Below are positions 59,835-64,000 of a stretch of DNA of 64,000 nt, one piece after another. Positions within the stretch are counted from its first letter, which is position 1, and the number at the start of each line of letters is the position of its first letter. Origin of the DNA: Longimicrobiales bacterium (GTDB lineage: Bacteria > Gemmatimonadota > Gemmatimonadetes > Longimicrobiales > RSA9); the NCBI GenBank assembly GCA_035512635.1, contig DATKDR010000047.1:21518-85517 (forward strand). Direction: 5' to 3'. Made by a program: the position numbers and the translations under genes. Below the pieces are notes generated by a model. It was not told the origin of the DNA. It worked only from the letters and a program-made list of their open reading frames with translations, and made no database searches.

Positions 59835-62800
59835 CGAAGCGCGACTCGACGGGCAGCGTGACGGAGCCGCGGCGGATCTCGATGCCGGGATCCCACGGCG
59901 CCCAGGTCTCGCCGTGCGCGAGCGCGAGCTCGAAGACGCCGCGCCGCACGCGCTCGGGAATGCTGACGGCGGTGCGCAGCGCCTTCTCGAATTCGTCGGA
60001 GCCCCACAGGATCGCGCGCTCGCGGTTCTTCAGGTCCTTGAGCGAGCGGTAGCGGCCGACGTCGACGGCGACGCCCTCCTTCCGCGCGACCGCCTTCATG
60101 TAGAGCGGCGTCTGCAGCGCGACGCCGCGCCGGAAGTGGCGCGGCTGCGGCGGATCGCCCGACTTGTAGTCGACGACGCGCCAGACGACGTCGCCGCCGG
60201 ACGTCGCCCGGTCGATGCGATCGACGCGGCCGCGCAGGCGCATGCGACGCGGCTGATTGTGCGCGTCGAGGTGCTCGATCTCGACGTAGTCGTCGTCCGA
60301 CCCCAGCTCGTACTCGCAGAGGAGCGGCGTCTCGTCGCCCACGAAGCCGGCGAGCTCCCAGGCGAGGAACTGCTCCAGCTGCCGCTGGATGGCGGTGCGG
60401 CGCACCTGCCAGAGGACGGGCGTGCCGAGCCACTCACCGCGGCCGATCCGCTCGTCCACGACCCGCCCGACCATGCTACGCAGGCGCTCGAGCGTGTCCC
60501 CCGTCAGCGCCTGCGGCCGCGGTCCGCCGATGTAGCTCTGGTAGAAGAGCTGGAGCACCTCGTGCGCGATCGATCCCTTGATCAGCGCGGTGGTATCCTC
60601 CTCGGCCTCGTCCATCTCCTGGAGGTAGACCACGCGGGCGAGGAAGAAGAGGAAGGGCGAGCGGCCGTAGAGCTGGAGCTGACTCGCCGACCACACCTTC
60701 TCCTCGCCGAATTTCTCGTGCAGGCGCGCGAGCACCTGCGGGTGGCGCAGCTCTCCGTTCCACGGATTCGCCGGCGCCGCCGCGTCCGCGAACCTGCGGC
60801 CGCGCGCGCCGCGCTCCTGCTCGCCGTAGGCGCACAGCACCGCGTGGCGCAGCACGTGGGGGTCGAGCGCGCGCACGCGCACGACCGCGCCCGGATCGGA
60901 TGCGACCGCGGTCGCGAGCTCGAGCGTGGCGGCGTGGTGCGCCTGGCTCGGGCTGAGCGGATCGCCGAGCGGATCGAAGGAGCGGGGCAGCTCCTCGGCG
61001 TGCTCGATCGGGTGCAGCAGCTCGAGCGTCATGAGCGACGGCAGCAGCGGTGTGCCGCCGGGATCGGTCGTGCGGTACGAGGCCTCGACGTGCGGCACCG
61101 CGGCGACGGCGCGCCACAGCGCCCGCTCGCGGCGCAGCTCGCGCTCGTGATCGTCGAGGGCCAAACCCGCGACGCGGAGACGCACGCGCTCCGCGTCCGT
61201 GATCACGCCGCCGCCGAGCGGCGTCGCCGGGAAGATGCCGTCGTTCGCGTGCAGGATGTAGACGCGCCGGAAGGGCATGAGCGCCGCGTCGTGCGCTTCC
61301 AGCACCTGCACGCCCTTCTGGAGCGGCGTGGAAAGCGCGATCTCGTGCGATTCGAGGAGTCGGCGCAACAGCGTGTACCACTCGCGCGGATCGAGCGGCG
61401 ACGGGTCCAGCTCGAGCTTCGACCACTCGCGCAGCAGGTCCTCCAGGTTGAGGAGGCCGCGCTGGTCGAGCCGGACGATATCGTGGCGCTCCTCGGGCAC
61501 GCGGCAGACGCGCTTGCGCATGTCGAACCAGCCGTGGTCGGCGAGGTCCAGCGCGATCGCGACCCAGTCGGCCTCGGAACGGCTGCCGGCGACCGGATCG
61601 AGCCGCTCCCGCAGGCGCACGAGCACCGCGAGATCGGACGCCAGCCGATCCGCCCGCACGTGGAGGTCGCGCAGCTCGCGGTGCCGCTCGTCCTCCGCGC
61701 CGCCCGCGGCCTCGTGCGCGCTCATGCTGCCGGCGAGCGCCGCGAGCTCCCGCTCCCAGTCGGCCAGCGTGGCGGGCCGCCGGTTCGCCGCGATGAAGTC
61801 GACCCAGCGCAGGTCGACCTCCAGGTCGAAGTAGGGCGACGACAGCACGCTCCGGAGCGCGCGATAGTTCCAGCCTTCCGCCACGCCGCGGAACAGCTCG
61901 AGGATCGTGCGCAGCGCGGGGATCTCGGCGAGCGGCGTGCGGATGCGTGCGGTCGCGCTCACGCCGACGTCGCGCAGGGCGTCGTACGCGCGGCGCACGT
62001 CCTCCCGCCCCGTGCGCGCGACGACCGCGATCTCGTGCGGCTCCAGGTCGCCCGAGAGGAGTGCCTCCTTCACTTGCTGCGCCATCCAGCCCAGCTCGCG
62101 GCGCGGATTCGGCGCCGGCTGCACGACCCGGTGCCGACGCCCGCGCGCGCGCAGGGTCTCGACCGGCAGGCCGAGCGCCTCCCACTCGCTCTCGGGCTCT
62201 TGCTCGGCGGGAGCATAGACGCGCACGTCGACGTCCCGCTGCTCGTGGAGCGCGCGCAGCAGCCGCACGCGGTCGCGCGGGGTGTGCAGGCCGTAGACGT
62301 GCAGCCGCTTCGCGCCACCGATCGCGTGCGGCAGCTCGCCCGCGTCCACCCGCTCCGCGAGGAGCGCGTTCGTCTGCCGGAAATCGTAGAGGCCGAGCGC
62401 CGACAGCTCGGCGCGGTAGTCGCGATAGACGCCCACGACCCAGGCGTTGCGGCGCCGCGCGAAATCGTCGCTCGCGACGTGCGCGAGCGACTCCGCCAGC
62501 GCATCCGGCTCGATTCCATTCGGCAGCAGCTCGCCGATCAGGCGGTCCAGCATGTGGCCGCGCACGACGCCGCTGCCCGAATCGCCGCCCGTGATGCCGT
62601 TCGCGCGTGCGTGCTTCTGCGCGATGCGCGAGACCAGGCGTCGGCGCGTCAGCAGACCCACCGTGCGGCCGCCCAGGCCGAAGCGCGCGCTCGAGGGCAG
62701 GTCGCCGAGAAAGCAGAAGGGGGGAGAGAGCCAGCCCGTCGAGCCGCGCGCCTCCGCCGCCTCGAGCAGCAGATCACGCTGCCCGCGATTGCGGATCCAC

Positions 62801-62916
62801 AGGAAGGATGGGAAGGAGCCCGGCCCCGACGCGCCCCCGAGCTCGTCCAGGAACGCGTCGGTGCAGGCCTTCCAGAGGGTTTGGTTGTCTTCGGATCGGA
62901 CCAGTGTCAGCGGCAT
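59827..62916 (-). CDS. addB: AddB-like inactive helicase with PD-(D/E)XK nuclease
   Basis: SASQL, GSIAHEVL, LRGRVDRID, VVDYKSG and LQTPLY; overlaps addA. Confidence 0.88.
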   Translation of the reverse strand: MPLTLVRSEDNQTLWKACTDAFLDELGGASGPGSFPSFLWIRNRGQRDLLLEAAEARGSTGWLSPPFCFLGDLPSSARFGLGGRTVGLLTRRRLVSRIAQKHARANGITGGDSGSGVVRGHMLDRLIGELLPNGIEPDALAESLAHVASDDFARRRNAWVVGVYRDYRAELSALGLYDFRQTNALLAERVDAGELPHAIGGAKRLHVYGLHTPRDRVRLLRALHEQRDVDVRVYAPAEQEPESEWEALGLPVETLRARGRRHRVVQPAPNPRRELGWMAQQVKEALLSGDLEPHEIAVVARTGREDVRRAYDALRDVGVSATARIRTPLAEIPALRTILELFRGVAEGWNYRALRSVLSSPYFDLEVDLRWVDFIAANRRPATLADWERELAALAGSMSAHEAAGGAEDERHRELRDLHVRADRLASDLAVLVRLRERLDPVAGSRSEADWVAIALDLADHGWFDMRKRVCRVPEERHDIVRLDQRGLLNLEDLLREWSKLELDPSPLDPREWYTLLRRLLESHEIALSTPLQKGVQVLEAHDAALMPFRRVYILHANDGIFPATPLGGGVITDAERVRLRVAGLALDDHERELRRERALWRAVAAVPHVEASYRTTDPGGTPLLPSLMTLELLHPIEHAEELPRSFDPLGDPLSPSQAHHAATLELATAVASDPGAVVRVRALDPHVLRHAVLCAYGEQERGARGRRFADAAAPANPWNGELRHPQVLARLHEKFGEEKVWSASQLQLYGRSPFLFFLARVVYLQEMDEAEEDTTALIKGSIAHEVLQLFYQSYIGGPRPQALTGDTLERLRSMVGRVVDERIGRGEWLGTPVLWQVRRTAIQRQLEQFLAWELAGFVGDETPLLCEYELGSDDDYVEIEHLDAHNQPRRMRLRGRVDRIDRATSGGDVVWRVVDYKSGDPPQPRHFRRGVALQTPLYMKAVARKEGVAVDVGRYRSLKDLKNRERAILWGSDEFEKALRTAVSIPERVRRGVFELALAHGETWAPWDPGIEIRRGSVTLPVESRFDE

Positions 62917-62957
62917 GCCCCGGTAGTGTAATGGGGCGCTCCGACAGGCGCGATTCC

Positions 62958-62985
62958 AGGCGCTAGGCGCTAGGCACTAGGCGCT
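62958..62985. repeat. Heptamer tandem array AGGC(G/A)CT x4
   Basis: Intergenic, upstream of addB. Confidence 0.88.
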
Positions 62986-63004
62986 ACGCGAGGCTCTGTG
63001 GCGT

Positions 63005-63625
63005 TCACCTCCGCGCCCGACGCACGCCGACGACCGCGACGGGCACGAGCACCAGACCCGCGATCATGGCGGCCATCGGCAGACGTCCGTCATCGTCGAC
63101 GGCGGCGCGCACCCGGCCGATCGTGGGGCGTGCCTGCGCCAGCGCGATGCTCGCCTCCAGGAAGCGGTCGATCTGCTCCTGCGTGGCAGCGCGCGGCCCG
63201 CGCCATTCGTTGCTCATCGCGTTGGGGAGGTCGACGGCGGTGAGCGCGCGGTCGCCGTTCAGCGCGACCAGCATGCTCTCCAGCACGCCCGTGTCCGTGT
63301 CGGTCATCTCGAAGACGAGCACCCAGGCGCTGCCGCCATCCAGCTCACCGCGCACCGCGTACACGCCGGGTCGGTAGGTCGCCTCGATGACGAGATCACG
63401 CTGCACGCGGCGGCCGTCGACTATGCCTTCCGCCCGACCCCGGAGCGGGAATTCCCGCGCGACGCCGTGGTGGAAGGTGTGCACGAGCAGGAGCGCGCCG
63501 CGCGTGTCCTGGTGCAGCGGATTCGCCGGGTACTCGACCGAGATCCAGGGCGGGCCGGCAACTGCGGGCGCGGCGCTTAATGCGACGATCGCGAACGCCG
63601 TGGCGATGCGTGTTCCGAGCGACAT
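63005..63625 (-). CDS. Exported hypothetical protein with C-terminal TM and basic tail
   Basis: Signal peptide ending AVA|G, GAGGAG RBS and C-terminus LPMAAMIAGLVLVPVAVVGVRRARR. Confidence 0.75.
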   Translation of the reverse strand: MSLGTRIATAFAIVALSAAPAVAGPPWISVEYPANPLHQDTRGALLLVHTFHHGVAREFPLRGRAEGIVDGRRVQRDLVIEATYRPGVYAVRGELDGGSAWVLVFEMTDTDTGVLESMLVALNGDRALTAVDLPNAMSNEWRGPRAATQEQIDRFLEASIALAQARPTIGRVRAAVDDDGRLPMAAMIAGLVLVPVAVVGVRRARR

Positions 63626-63645
63626 GGGAGTTCTCCTCGAGATAG

Positions 63646-63712
63646 AAGGCTCTAGGCACTGGGCTCTAGGCTCTAGCCAACCCAGAGCCTGGCGCCTAGC
63701 GCCCAGAGCCTT
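63646..63712. repeat. Inverted heptamer arrays (4 x AGGCTCT-like, then 4 x AGAGCCT-like)
   Basis: Hairpin-forming; same heptamer family as 62958-62985. Confidence 0.88.
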
Positions 63713-63762
63713 CCAGTGTGCCCGAGGATGGGACGACCGAACCTCGCCGGAAGTTCGAACGG

Positions 63763-64000
63763 CTAGGGCGAGTCGCGCAGGAGGATGCCGCCGCTGAAGG
63801 TCCGTACCTCGATCGACGCCGCGCCGCGCCCGGGCTCCGCGCCCGGGCCGCGCGCGTTGCGCACGCTGCCCGTGACGCTGCGCAGCGCCGCACGGGCCGA
63901 GCTCGCGGCCGGCAGCGCCAGCTCGACGTCGCCGTCGTGCGTCAGGACCTCGACCGACGCGTCCCCCTCGAGCCGCGCGTCCATGCGCACGTCGCCGCCC
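63763..64000 (-). CDS. DUF4097/adhesin-like beta-repeat protein, C-terminal part
   Basis: THDGDVEL, SVTGSV and TFSGGILL repeats; runs in from the window edge. Confidence 0.7.
   Translation of the reverse strand, partial: GGDVRMDARLEGDASVEVLTHDGDVELALPAASSARAALRSVTGSVRNARGPGAEPGRGAASIEVRTFSGGILLRDSP

Noticed and set aside
56694-62916. Helicase-nuclease pair as an anti-phage defence system
   Set aside because: Domain order and sizes fit housekeeping AddAB, codon usage is host-like and there are no defence-island neighbours.

Overview
High-GC bacterial chromosome segment; the protein style and gene order suggest Gemmatimonadota, which is an inference. Positions 1-43687 are one co-directional minus-strand type IVa pilus superlocus. 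In reading order it holds pilS-pilR, a ~21 kb translationally coupled glycosylation operon, two tandem major pilins behind a sigma54/IHF promoter, a second PilS/PilR-like pair, two paralogous minor-pilin sets, pilMNOPQ, a ~986-aa Ig-repeat/beta-propeller lipoprotein, and aroC-aroK. The glycosylation operon encodes three GT-C transferases (one TMTC-like), three polyprenyl-phosphate sugar synthases, a Wzx flippase and a sugar-tailoring cassette. The second minor-pilin set has PilW and PilX fused in one ORF. Right of 44 kb are a sigma54-driven metallopeptidase/TolB-propeller/Omp85 protein, a TPR protein, an AAA ATPase, marC, an App1 phosphatase, a histidine kinase, an orphan FimT-like pilin, an M13 peptidase, a truncated SGNH hydrolase, addAB and two exported proteins. 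The best candidate for an undescribed system is a pilus-coupled, GT-C/TMTC-based protein O-glycosylation pathway; candidate D-S/T-hydrophobic sequons recur in the pilus and adhesin proteins. Other notable signals are an EF-hand loop in PilQ, cysteine-less AddB, intergenic heptamer arrays and a 160-bp inverted-repeat element. No rRNA, tRNA, CRISPR array, transposase or integrase was seen. All family assignments come from motifs read by eye; no database search was run.
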